From positions 1-32,106 of the forward strand of contig JAPOOH010000033.1 in assembly GCA_026713505.1 (NCBI GenBank): 32,106 nucleotides of DNA, read 5' to 3'. The translations under genes and the position numbers were made by a program. How positions within the stretch are numbered: position 1 is the stretch's first letter; each line of letters starts with the position of its first letter. This DNA comes from Chloroflexota bacterium (lineage in GTDB: Bacteria > Chloroflexota > Dehalococcoidia > Lucifugimonadales > Australimonadaceae). A model generated the notes under the pieces. It saw only the letters and a list, made by a program, of their open reading frames with translations, had not been told where the DNA came from and searched no databases. Positions 8,365 to 17,469 of this stretch are shown piece by piece.

Positions 8365-8714
8365 CGCTTACCGCCCTGCACGCGCTCCTTGATCCGAGCC
8401 GCCTTGCCGGACAGGCCCCGCAGGTAGTAGAGCTTCGCACGGCGGACCCGGCCGCGACGGACGAGTTCCACACTGTCCACGTTGGGGGAGTGGAAGAAGA
8501 ACGACCTCTCCACTCCGATGCCGGAGGCGACGCGGCGCACCGTGAAGGAGCTGGACGGCCCCCCGCCACGCTTGCGGATGACGACGCCCTGGAAGCTCTG
8601 CTGCCGCCGGCGCTCGCCTTCGCGGATCCAGACGTTCACCTTCACGGTGTCGCCCGGTTGGAACTCCGCGATCTTCTTGTTGGGAGTCAGTGCTACTGCG
8701 TCGCGCGCTTCCAT
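8361..8714 (-). CDS. rplS: 50S ribosomal protein L19
   Basis: [110 protein letters not shown] is canonical L19. The start is the internal ATG at 8714, with AGAGG upstream. The longer track ORF (to 8795) is rejected. Confidence 0.95.
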   Translation of the reverse strand: MEARDAVALTPNKKIAEFQPGDTVKVNVWIREGERRRQQSFQGVVIRKRGGGPSSSFTVRRVASGIGVERSFFFHSPNVDSVELVRRGRVRRAKLYYLRGLSGKAARIKERVQGGKR

Positions 8715-8766
8715 GAGACTACCTCTGCGGTTGCATACTGCCCGTTCAGCGACGGGCAACCGCCAA

Positions 8767-8795
8767 AGTATACGAGACGATCGGCAGCCGGGCAA
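8767..8795 (-). promoter_or_regulatory. sigma70-type promoter for rplS: -35 TTGCCC, 17-nt spacer, -10 TATACT (minus strand)
   Basis: The minus strand reads TTGCCC-GGCTGCCGATCGTCTCG-TATACT-TTGGCG. The predicted +1 (about 8760) is the first base of an interrupted hairpin, GUUGC-CCCGU...ACGGG-(CAGUAU)-GCAAC, in the 46-nt leader. Confidence 0.6.
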
Positions 8796-8800
8796 CGTGC

Positions 8801-9766
8801 CTACATGGTGGAGATGGCGTGCACCCTGCCCAGCATCTCGTCCCAGGGGTCGCCCCGCGGCGGCAACTCGTCTATCGGCAGCACCTGGCTGCGGTTGTTA
8901 CGCCAGCAGACGAGCGCACCGGATGCCCCGTCCAGCAGGGCGTCGGCGCCCTTGACGCCCATCCGCGTCCCGAGGATGCGATCGAACCGGGTCGGCACGC
9001 CGCCGCGCTGGATGTAGCCGAGCACGGTGTAGCGGGCGTCGTACGGCTTGTCCGACTCGTTTATGAGCTGAGCGAGCTCCGCCGCGCCCCAACGAGCGCC
9101 CTCCGCGAGCACGATGATGAAGTGACGCTTGCCCCGCAACCATACCTGCCGCATCTCCTCGAATATGCCTTCCAACTCCATCGGACGTTCCGGCGTGATA
9201 ACCATCTCCGCGCCGCTGGCGAGGCCTGCCATGATTGCGATATAGCCGCATTGCCTGCCCATCACCTCCACGATCATGGCGCGCCGGTGGGCCGCTGCGG
9301 TGTCCTGTAAGCGGTCGATAGCCTCCATGGCCGTGTTGATCGCCGTGTCCGCGCCGATCGTAATCTCCGTGCCCGGCATGTCGTTGTCGATGGTTGCGGG
9401 GATGCACACGGTAGGCATGCCGAGCTTGTGCAACTCCCAGGCGCCCTGCATCGAGCCCTCTCCACCGATGACGACCAGCCCTTCAAACCCATCTTCGCGC
9501 AGTTCTTCCACTGCCTTGATGCGCACGTCCGCGTCCAGGAATGGTTCGCAACGGCCCGCGCCGATGATGCTCCCGCCGTGCCGCAGGGAGCCGGCAACGT
9601 GCCACGTCGTAAGTTCTTCTACACGGTGGTCCAGGAGGCCGTTGTATCCGTCCCAGAAACCCCAGACCTCGGCGCCGCGGAACAGCGCGGTACGCGTCAC
9701 GGCCCGGATAGCCGCGTTCATGCCCGGCGCATCGCCGCCGCTGGCCAGCACACCGATCTTCTTCAT
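8801..9766 (-). CDS. pfkA: ATP-dependent 6-phosphofructokinase
   Basis: [23 protein letters not shown]...[10 protein letters not shown]...[14 protein letters not shown]...[13 protein letters not shown]...LGYIQRGG are classic PFK motifs. The start is set at ATG 9766 (321 aa). The 437-aa track ORF runs antisense through the 5S gene and is rejected. Confidence 0.93.
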   Translation of the reverse strand: MKKIGVLASGGDAPGMNAAIRAVTRTALFRGAEVWGFWDGYNGLLDHRVEELTTWHVAGSLRHGGSIIGAGRCEPFLDADVRIKAVEELREDGFEGLVVIGGEGSMQGAWELHKLGMPTVCIPATIDNDMPGTEITIGADTAINTAMEAIDRLQDTAAAHRRAMIVEVMGRQCGYIAIMAGLASGAEMVITPERPMELEGIFEEMRQVWLRGKRHFIIVLAEGARWGAAELAQLINESDKPYDARYTVLGYIQRGGVPTRFDRILGTRMGVKGADALLDGASGALVCWRNNRSQVLPIDELPPRGDPWDEMLGRVHAISTM

Positions 9767-9824
9767 AACTCGGCGATTGTAGCACCGCCCGGTCATGCGG
9801 ATGGTCTTGAGAGCATCAACACGT

Positions 9825-9854
9825 TTGACGTGTGTCCAGGAGCGCCGGTATACT
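9825..9854 (+). promoter_or_regulatory. promoter of the stand-alone 5S rRNA gene: -35 TTGACG (9825-9830), 18-nt spacer, -10 TATACT (9849-9854)
   Basis: Both hexamers are close to consensus. The -10 ends 6 nt before the first nucleotide of the 5S helix I (9861). Confidence 0.7.
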
Positions 9855-9860
9855 CGGTAG

Positions 9861-9978
9861 GCTTGGTGGTTTGAGCGGAGCGGACCCACCCGTACCCATC
9901 CCGAACACGGAAGTGAAACGCTCCAGCGCCGACGATACTGGCAGGGCAACTTGCTGGGAAAATAGGTCACCGCCAGGC
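9861..9978 (+). rRNA. rrf: 5S ribosomal RNA (not linked to 16S/23S in this window)
   Basis: GCTTGGTGGT...CCCACCCGTACCCATCCCGAACACGGAAGTGAAACGCTCCAGCGCCGACGATACTG...GGGAAAATAGGTCACCGCCAGGC aligns along its length with bacterial 5S (compare E. coli ...CCCACCTGACCCCATGCCGAACTCAGAAGTGAAACGCCGTAGCGCCGATGGTAGTG...). The terminal helix 9861-9870 / 9969-9978 pairs over 10 bp, including G-U pairs. Confidence 0.93.
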
Positions 9979-9991
9979 TATCGTAACGAGC

Positions 9992-10019
9992 GCCCGGGCC
10001 CTGCCCGGGCTTGCTTATT
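9992..10019 (+). terminator. intrinsic terminator after 5S rRNA
   Basis: GCCCGGG (9992-9998) pairs perfectly with CCCGGGC (10004-10010) around the loop CCCTG. The hairpin is followed by TTGCTTATT. Confidence 0.65.
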
Positions 10020-10169
10020 CCCCTGACGGGCAGTGCGCGTGTCACCCCTGGCTGCTTCATGAGGAGCCCAGCCTCCGTTGACCGTCTCGATGCACCGCCG
10101 TTTGGGGTATGCAACCTCGCCGCAAGGCCTTAGAATCCACCTCTGGCAATTTGCCTATTGGGAGAAGCC

Positions 10170-11351
10170 GTGTCCGAGCAGATGAGCACGGGTGACCCCG
10201 GCGAGCCGACCATGGCGGAACTCCTTCAGGAGGAGGTTCTGCCGCAGGAGTTGCGCCGCGGTGACATCGTACCTGGACAAATCATGGAGATAGACCAGGA
10301 CGGGATTCTCGTCTCCATCGGCTACAAGTCGGAGGGGATGGTCCCCGCAAGGGAGATGCGGACCCTTACGCCTCATCCAGGCGCTCATCACAGCATCGGC
10401 GACACCATCAACGTCTACGTGATGGACGTCACAGGCCCCGAGGGGCAGGCGCAACTCTCGATCGACCGGGTGCGCGCCCTCACTGCCTGGCTTACGCTGG
10501 AAGAGGCGGAACAGAGCGACACCTTCGTAACCGGAAGAGTCACCGGCCACAACCGTGGCGGCATGGTCGTAGACCTGAACGGACTGCAGGGCTTCGTCCC
10601 GCTCTCCCAGGTCGCACTCCCGACGGGCTCCGAGCCCGAGGCTGCACTGGCCGAACGCGTCGGTGAAGAGGTGCCGCTCAAGATCGTGGAAGTGAACCGC
10701 AAGCGCAACCGTGTGGTCCTCTCGGAGCGGGGAGCACTGCGTGAACAGCGTGAGGGCTTGAAGGACCAGCTTCTGAGCACACTCCAGGAAGGCGACGTGC
10801 GTCACGGGCGGGTTTCAGGCATCTCCAATTTCGGGGCGTTCGTGGACATCGGCGGAGCGGACGGCCTCGTGCATGTCTCCGAGATTTCGTGGGCTCCTGT
10901 AGCCAACGTTTCGGACGTGCTCCAGGTCGGCCAGGAAGTAGACGTCCAGGTGCTCCGCGTCGATCGCGACAACCGGCGCATAGCGCTCAGTCTGCGCCGC
11001 CTCACCCCTACTCCCTGGCAATCCGCCATGGAACACCTGCACGTCGGACAACTGGTGACCGGCACTATCACGAATTTCGCCGATTTCGGCGCCTTTGCGC
11101 GCGTTGAAGAAGGCATCGAAGGGCTCATACATGTCTCCGAATTGACGGAAGCGCACATCCGGCATCCGCGTGAAGTAGTTAATATCGGTGATACAATGAC
11201 CCTGCAGATCGTGAGTCTGGACCCTGAACGTCACCGGCTCGGGTTGAGCCTGCGCCGCGTCGAGGAGATGAAGACACCGACAGAACATCACGATCCTGTT
11301 GAATACCACTCGTTCCTCGACTTGGGTAGGGACAGTGGTATCGCGCAATAG
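10170..11351 (+). CDS. rpsA: 30S ribosomal protein S1 (four S1 domains)
   Basis: There are four S1/OB repeats (GDIVPGQIMEIDQDGILVSIGYKSEGMVP; VTGRVTGHNRGGMVVDLNGLQGFVP; RHGRVSGISNFGAFVDIGGADGLVHVSE; VTGTITNFADFGAFARVEEGIEGLIHVSE). I prefer the GTG at 10170, preceded by GGGAGAAG (10160-10167). The track's TTG at 10158 is an alternative. Confidence 0.92.
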   Translation: MSEQMSTGDPGEPTMAELLQEEVLPQELRRGDIVPGQIMEIDQDGILVSIGYKSEGMVPAREMRTLTPHPGAHHSIGDTINVYVMDVTGPEGQAQLSIDRVRALTAWLTLEEAEQSDTFVTGRVTGHNRGGMVVDLNGLQGFVPLSQVALPTGSEPEAALAERVGEEVPLKIVEVNRKRNRVVLSERGALREQREGLKDQLLSTLQEGDVRHGRVSGISNFGAFVDIGGADGLVHVSEISWAPVANVSDVLQVGQEVDVQVLRVDRDNRRIALSLRRLTPTPWQSAMEHLHVGQLVTGTITNFADFGAFARVEEGIEGLIHVSELTEAHIRHPREVVNIGDTMTLQIVSLDPERHRLGLSLRRVEEMKTPTEHHDPVEYHSFLDLGRDSGIAQ

Positions 11352-11385
11352 ACCGCGATGTGATTAGATAGAACCGGAGGCGGTC

Positions 11386-13884
11386 ATGGCCAGCAGATTC
11401 GAAAAATTCTCGGAACGTGCTCGCAGAGTGCTGTCGCTCGCCCAGGAAGAGGCGCAGCGGTTCAATCACAACTACATCGGCACTGAGCATATCCTGCTTG
11501 GCCTCGTCCGGGAGACGGACGGCGTTGCCGCCCGCGCTCTCAGCAGCCTCAACGTGGAACTTTCCAAGGTTCGCTCCGCCGTCGAATTCATCATTGGCAG
11601 GGGTGAACGGCCGTCCCCCGGCGACATCGGACTCACTCCGCGCGCCAAGAAAGTCATTGAACTGGCCGTGGACGAGGCCCGCCGCCTCACCCACCACTAC
11701 ATCGGCACGGAGCACCTGCTCATCGGTATCATGCGGGAGGGCGAGGGCGTCGCTGCGGGCGTCCTGGAGAGCCTCGGCGTGTCGCTGGACAAGGTGCGTG
11801 CTGAAACCACGCGAATCCTCAACCAGAGCGTCTCTCAGAGCCAGGGGCACAGCCGCTCCACCAACCGCACGCCGACGCTGGACCAGCTTGGCATTGACCT
11901 CACCAAGTACGCGCAGGAAGGCAAGCTGGACCCGGTTATCGGCCGCGGCAAAGAGATCGCCCGCGTCGTGCAGATTCTGAGCCGCCGCACCAAGAACAAC
12001 CCGGTGCTCGTCGGCCCTCCCGGCGTCGGAAAGCCCGCCAGCGGGGGGGCCCTCGCCCAGCAGGTCACGAACGGCGACGTTCCCGAGAACCTCAGCAACC
12101 GCCGCGTCGTCACCCTGGACATGGGGGCGCTCGTCGCGGGCACCAAGTACCGGGGTGAATTCGAGGAACGCCTGAAGAAGGTCGTGGAGGAGATCAAGGC
12201 CTCCGGCAACTGCATCCTCTTCATCGACGAGATGCACACGATGGTCGGCGCAGGAGCGGCTGAAGGAGCGGTGGACGCCGCCAACATCCTCAAGCCGTCG
12301 CTCGCGCGCGGTGAATTGCAGTGCATCGGCGCAACGACGCTCGACGACTACCGCAAGTACGTGGAGCGCGACCCTGCCCTGGAACGCAGGTTCCAGCCCG
12401 TCAACGTCGACGAGCCCTCCACCGAAGAGACCGTCGAGATACTCAAGGGCATCCGGGGCAAGTTCGAAGAGTTCCACAACGTCAAGATCGAGGATGACGC
12501 GCTCCTCGCCGCGGCCAGCCTCGCATCGCGCTTCATCGCTGACCGCTACCTTCCGGACAAGGCCATAGACCTCATGGATGAGGCGGGCTCACGCGTGCGC
12601 ATCCGCACGAGCGGCATGCCGCTCTCCGTGAAGGAGTCCCAGAAGATGCTGGAGACGGTCCGCCGTGACAAGGACGAAGCCATCTCCCAGCAGCAGTATG
12701 AGTACGCCGCTGAGTTGCGCGACAGGGAGGTCAAGCTCGCCGACAGCCTGCAGCAATTGCAGAGCGAGTGGCGCGAGACCTCCGGCGACGAGAAGGCCAG
12801 CGTCACCGAAGAGGAGATCGCGGAAGTCGTCAGCATGTGGACGGGCATCCCTGTGACCCACATGGCCGTGGAAGAGATCGAGCGTCTCCTTCACATGGAA
12901 GAGAACATCCACCGCCGCATCATCGGTCAGGATGAGGCCATCGTCGCTGTCGCCAAGGCCGTCCGTCGAGCCCGCGCAGGCCTGAAGGACCCCAAGCGCC
13001 CGATTGGCAGCTTCCTCTTCCTCGGTCCCACCGGTGTCGGCAAGACGGAACTCGTGAAGGCGCTTGCGGAATTCATGTTCGGCTCCGAGGACGCGATGGT
13101 CCGCTTGGACATGTCGGAGTTCATGGAGCGGCACACCGTTGCACGGCTCGTCGGCGCGCCTCCCGGCTATGTCGGCTACGAGGAGGGCGGCCAGTTGACC
13201 GACGCCGTCCGCCGCCGGAGCTACACCTGCATCCTGCTTGACGAGATTGAGAAGGCCCACATGGAGGTCTTCAACCTCCTGCTGCAGATCTTCGACGACG
13301 GCCACCTGACCGACGCGAAGGGCCGCAAGGTGGACTTCCGCAACACCATCATCGTCATGACGTCCAACATCGGCTCAGACCTCATCAAGCGCGACACCTC
13401 CTTCGGCTTCCCCATGGTCAACCAGGCCAGGATGGAGGAGAATGCCTACGACAAGATGAAGACCAAGGTGGAGGACGAGGTCAAACGCTTCTTCCGCCCC
13501 GAGTTCCTGAACCGTATCGACGGCCAGATCGTCTTCCATGCGCTCACGAAGGAGCACATCGTAAGCATCGTCGACCTCATGCTCAACGAAGTGCGCAGGC
13601 CGATGCTGGAGAAGGGCTTGAGCCTGGAAGTGACCCAGCCCGCCAAGGAGTGGCTCGGCGAGAAGGGGTTCGACCCGATGTTCGGCGCCCGCCCGCTCCG
13701 CAGGCTCATCGAGCGTGAGATGGAGGACACCCTCTCTGAGGGCGTCATTCGCGGTGACTACCGGCCCGGGCAGACTGTTGTTGTCGACATCGATAACGAG
13801 GACGAGGAAAACCCGAAGCTCGCTATCAGCGTGCAGAACGACGAGACTCCGGCGCTCGCTGAGGCGGGAGCTGCCAGCGAATAA
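11386..13884 (+). CDS. clpC: ATP-dependent Clp protease ATP-binding subunit ClpC (class I AAA+), with atypical first Walker A
   Basis: The Clp_N repeats are NHNYIGTEHILLGLVRE and THHYIGTEHLLIGIMRE. D1 Walker B is ILFIDEMHTMVGAG. A UVR-like segment is QQQYEYAAELRDREVKL. D2 Walker A is GPTGVGKTELVKALA and D2 Walker B is CILLDEIEKAH. GGAGG precedes the ATG. D1 Walker A reads GPPGVGKP (see findings). Confidence 0.95.
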   Translation: MASRFEKFSERARRVLSLAQEEAQRFNHNYIGTEHILLGLVRETDGVAARALSSLNVELSKVRSAVEFIIGRGERPSPGDIGLTPRAKKVIELAVDEARRLTHHYIGTEHLLIGIMREGEGVAAGVLESLGVSLDKVRAETTRILNQSVSQSQGHSRSTNRTPTLDQLGIDLTKYAQEGKLDPVIGRGKEIARVVQILSRRTKNNPVLVGPPGVGKPASGGALAQQVTNGDVPENLSNRRVVTLDMGALVAGTKYRGEFEERLKKVVEEIKASGNCILFIDEMHTMVGAGAAEGAVDAANILKPSLARGELQCIGATTLDDYRKYVERDPALERRFQPVNVDEPSTEETVEILKGIRGKFEEFHNVKIEDDALLAAASLASRFIADRYLPDKAIDLMDEAGSRVRIRTSGMPLSVKESQKMLETVRRDKDEAISQQQYEYAAELRDREVKLADSLQQLQSEWRETSGDEKASVTEEEIAEVVSMWTGIPVTHMAVEEIERLLHMEENIHRRIIGQDEAIVAVAKAVRRARAGLKDPKRPIGSFLFLGPTGVGKTELVKALAEFMFGSEDAMVRLDMSEFMERHTVARLVGAPPGYVGYEEGGQLTDAVRRRSYTCILLDEIEKAHMEVFNLLLQIFDDGHLTDAKGRKVDFRNTIIVMTSNIGSDLIKRDTSFGFPMVNQARMEENAYDKMKTKVEDEVKRFFRPEFLNRIDGQIVFHALTKEHIVSIVDLMLNEVRRPMLEKGLSLEVTQPAKEWLGEKGFDPMFGARPLRRLIEREMEDTLSEGVIRGDYRPGQTVVVDIDNEDEENPKLAISVQNDETPALAEAGAASE

Positions 13885-13913
13885 GCGCGCCCGTTGACAT
13901 GGGAACGCTCAGA

Positions 13914-13944
13914 GCAAGGGGCGGGGGTGACACCCGCCCCTTGC
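13914..13944 (+). terminator. 12-bp perfect GC-rich hairpin between clpC and radA (possible terminator/processing site)
   Basis: GCAAGGGGCGGG (13914-13925) pairs with CCCGCCCCTTGC (13933-13944) around the loop GGTGACA. No clear U-tract follows (GCGTTCATC), so its function as a terminator is uncertain. Confidence 0.45.
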
Positions 13945-13976
13945 GCGTTCATCACGGATTGTCGGACGATGCGCCC

Positions 13977-15368
<1,392 letters not shown>

Positions 15369-15414
15369 CAGACGACACCTGCCGAGCCTCCGCCGCGCCC
15401 TGCTCTGCTAGCAT

Positions 15415-16293
15415 ATGCACATGAGCACTGCCACCCCTCCCAAGCGCCTGCCAGAGTGGTTGAAGGTCCCCTGGCCCGGCGGCGAGAACTACCTCCACGT
15501 TCGTCGTATGCTCCGAAATGCGGAGTTGCACACCGTCTGCGAGGAGGCCCGCTGCCCCAACATCGGCGACTGCTGGGAGCGGAAGTCCGCGACGTTCATG
15601 CTGCTCGGCGAGATCTGCACCCGTGCGTGCCGCTACTGTGCCGTGACGAGCGGCAGGCCCGCTCCACCAGACCCGGAGGAACCCGCTCGCCTCGCCCGTA
15701 CCGTCGAGCGGCTTGGCCTTGGATACTGCGTGCTCACCTCCGTCGACCGCGACGACCTGCCGGACGGCGGCGCCTCTGCGTTCGAGGAGAGCATCCGCCT
15801 CATCAAGCAGCGCGTGCCCGGCTGCGAGGTCGAGGTGCTGACGCCCGACTTCGGCGGCAACCTGGACGCGCTGCGCTGCGTCTTGGACGCGGGCCCCGCC
15901 GTGTTCAACCACAACATCGAGACCGTGAGACGCATCTTCAAGAGCGTCCGTGCGAAGGGCGACTACGACCTCTCCCTCGCCTTCCTGGCGAAGGCACGCG
16001 ACTTCGCGCCGGACATTCCCACCAAGAGCGGCATGATGGTCGGGCTCGGGGAGACCACGGACGAAGTCATCGAGACGATGCGCGACCTGCGGGAAGCAGG
16101 CGTACAACTGCTCACCATCGGCCAATACCTACGCCCGTCTCCCGCACACCACCCGATGGACCGCTTCTACCACCCGCGTGAGTTCGCGGAACTGGAGCGC
16201 GCAGGCAACGAGATGGGCTTCGCGCACGTCGCCTCCGGGCCGCTCGTCCGCTCCTCCTACCACGCAGGCGAACAGCGCGCCGCTGCCCTGTAG
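15415..16293 (+). CDS. lipA: lipoyl synthase (radical SAM)
   Basis: CEEARCPNIGDCW is the auxiliary cluster motif and CTRACRYCAV is the radical-SAM CxxxCxxC motif. The C-terminal RSSY motif is present. An alternative in-frame ATG lies at 15421 (see findings). Confidence 0.94.
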   Translation: MHMSTATPPKRLPEWLKVPWPGGENYLHVRRMLRNAELHTVCEEARCPNIGDCWERKSATFMLLGEICTRACRYCAVTSGRPAPPDPEEPARLARTVERLGLGYCVLTSVDRDDLPDGGASAFEESIRLIKQRVPGCEVEVLTPDFGGNLDALRCVLDAGPAVFNHNIETVRRIFKSVRAKGDYDLSLAFLAKARDFAPDIPTKSGMMVGLGETTDEVIETMRDLREAGVQLLTIGQYLRPSPAHHPMDRFYHPREFAELERAGNEMGFAHVASGPLVRSSYHAGEQRAAAL

Positions 16294-16297
16294 AGCC

Positions 16298-17461
16298 GTG
16301 CGCATCGTCAGCATCCGCGAGACGACCGCCAACATGCGCTCCGACATACGGAACGCCGTCATCGACTTCTCCCAGATGACCGCCTCCGTCGTAGCCGTCC
16401 ACACCGACGTGGAACGCGGTGGCAGGCCGGTGATCGGCTACGGCTTCAGCTCCAACGGGCGCTATGCGGCCGGCGGCATCCTTCGCGAGCGCTTCATCCC
16501 TCGCATCCTGGACGCTGACCCGGCCTCTCTCGTCGACGAGCGTGACATGCTGGACCCGCATCGCGTCTGGGACGTGATGATGACGGGCGAGAAGCCGGGC
16601 GGCCACGGTGAGCGCTCGGTCGCTGCGGGCGTCCTGGACATGGCGCTCTGGGACGCAGTGGCGAAGGCTGAGCAGCAACCGCTCTACCGCCTCATCGCTG
16701 AGCGGTACGGCGATCCCGCACCCCCAGACGACGCCTGGGTCTACGCGGCGGGAGGCTACTACCAGCCCGGCAAGGGCATAGAAGCTTTGCAGGACGAGAT
16801 GCGCGCCTACCTGGACAGGGGCTACGACACCGTGAAGATGAAGATCGGCGGCGCGCCGCTCGACGAGGACCGCCGCCGCATCGAAGCAGTGCTCGCAGTG
16901 ACCGGAAGCGGCGGTTCCCTCGCGGTCGACGCCAACGGACGCTTCGGCCTCGACGAGGCGGTCGCCTACGGCGAGGCGATGGCCCCCTACGGCCTGCTCT
17001 GGTACGAGGAGGCGGGCGACCCGCTCGACTACGCGTTGCAGGCGGAACTGGCCGCACACTATCAACCGCCGCTGGCGACGGGCGAGAACCTATTCTCTGT
17101 GCATGACGCGCGCAACCTCGTCCGCTACGGCGGTATGCGCCCCGACCGCGACGTGCTCCAGTTCGACCCTGCGCTCAGCTACGGACTCGTCGAGTACCTG
17201 CGGACGATCGAGATGCTGGAGTCGTCCGGTTGGTCGCGCAACCGGTGCGTGCCGCACGGTGGCCACCTCTTCGCGCTGCACATCGCGGCGGGCCTCGGCC
17301 TCGGCGGCAACGAATCGTATCCCGGTGTCTTCCAGCCGTTCGGCGGGTTCCCTGACGGCGTGCAGCCCGAGGACGGCCGGGTGCGGCTGCCAGACGTGCC
17401 CGGCATCGGCTACGAACTGAAATCGGACCTCTACGCGCTCCTGAGGAATCTGGCTGAGTAG
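16298..17461 (+). CDS. enolase-superfamily enzyme (mandelate racemase/muconate-lactonizing family; D-tartrate-dehydratase-like)
   Basis: A GTG at 16298, 4 nt after the lipA stop, gives VRIVSIRETTANMRSDIRNAVIDFSQMTASVVAV... The metal and acid-base ligand pattern is VKMKIGG, AVDANGRF, WYEEAGDP, ATGENLF and VPHGGH. The exact substrate is not deducible from sequence alone. Confidence 0.8.
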   Translation: MRIVSIRETTANMRSDIRNAVIDFSQMTASVVAVHTDVERGGRPVIGYGFSSNGRYAAGGILRERFIPRILDADPASLVDERDMLDPHRVWDVMMTGEKPGGHGERSVAAGVLDMALWDAVAKAEQQPLYRLIAERYGDPAPPDDAWVYAAGGYYQPGKGIEALQDEMRAYLDRGYDTVKMKIGGAPLDEDRRRIEAVLAVTGSGGSLAVDANGRFGLDEAVAYGEAMAPYGLLWYEEAGDPLDYALQAELAAHYQPPLATGENLFSVHDARNLVRYGGMRPDRDVLQFDPALSYGLVEYLRTIEMLESSGWSRNRCVPHGGHLFALHIAAGLGLGGNESYPGVFQPFGGFPDGVQPEDGRVRLPDVPGIGYELKSDLYALLRNLAE

Positions 17462-17469
17462 GAGAAGCC

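Noticed and set aside
9767-10114. The N-terminal extension of the pfkA ORF (track ORF 8801-10114, 437 aa).
   Set aside because: The extension runs antisense through the 5S rRNA gene and its promoter and terminator. The PFK homology begins at [15 protein letters not shown] (ATG 9766).
10020-10169. A promoter or autoregulatory pseudoknot in the rpsA leader.
   Set aside because: TAGAAT (10131-10136) is a plausible -10, but no acceptable -35 lies at 16-19 nt. TTGACC (10078-10083) has no matching -10 at proper spacing. The hairpins are short. The evidence is too weak to annotate.
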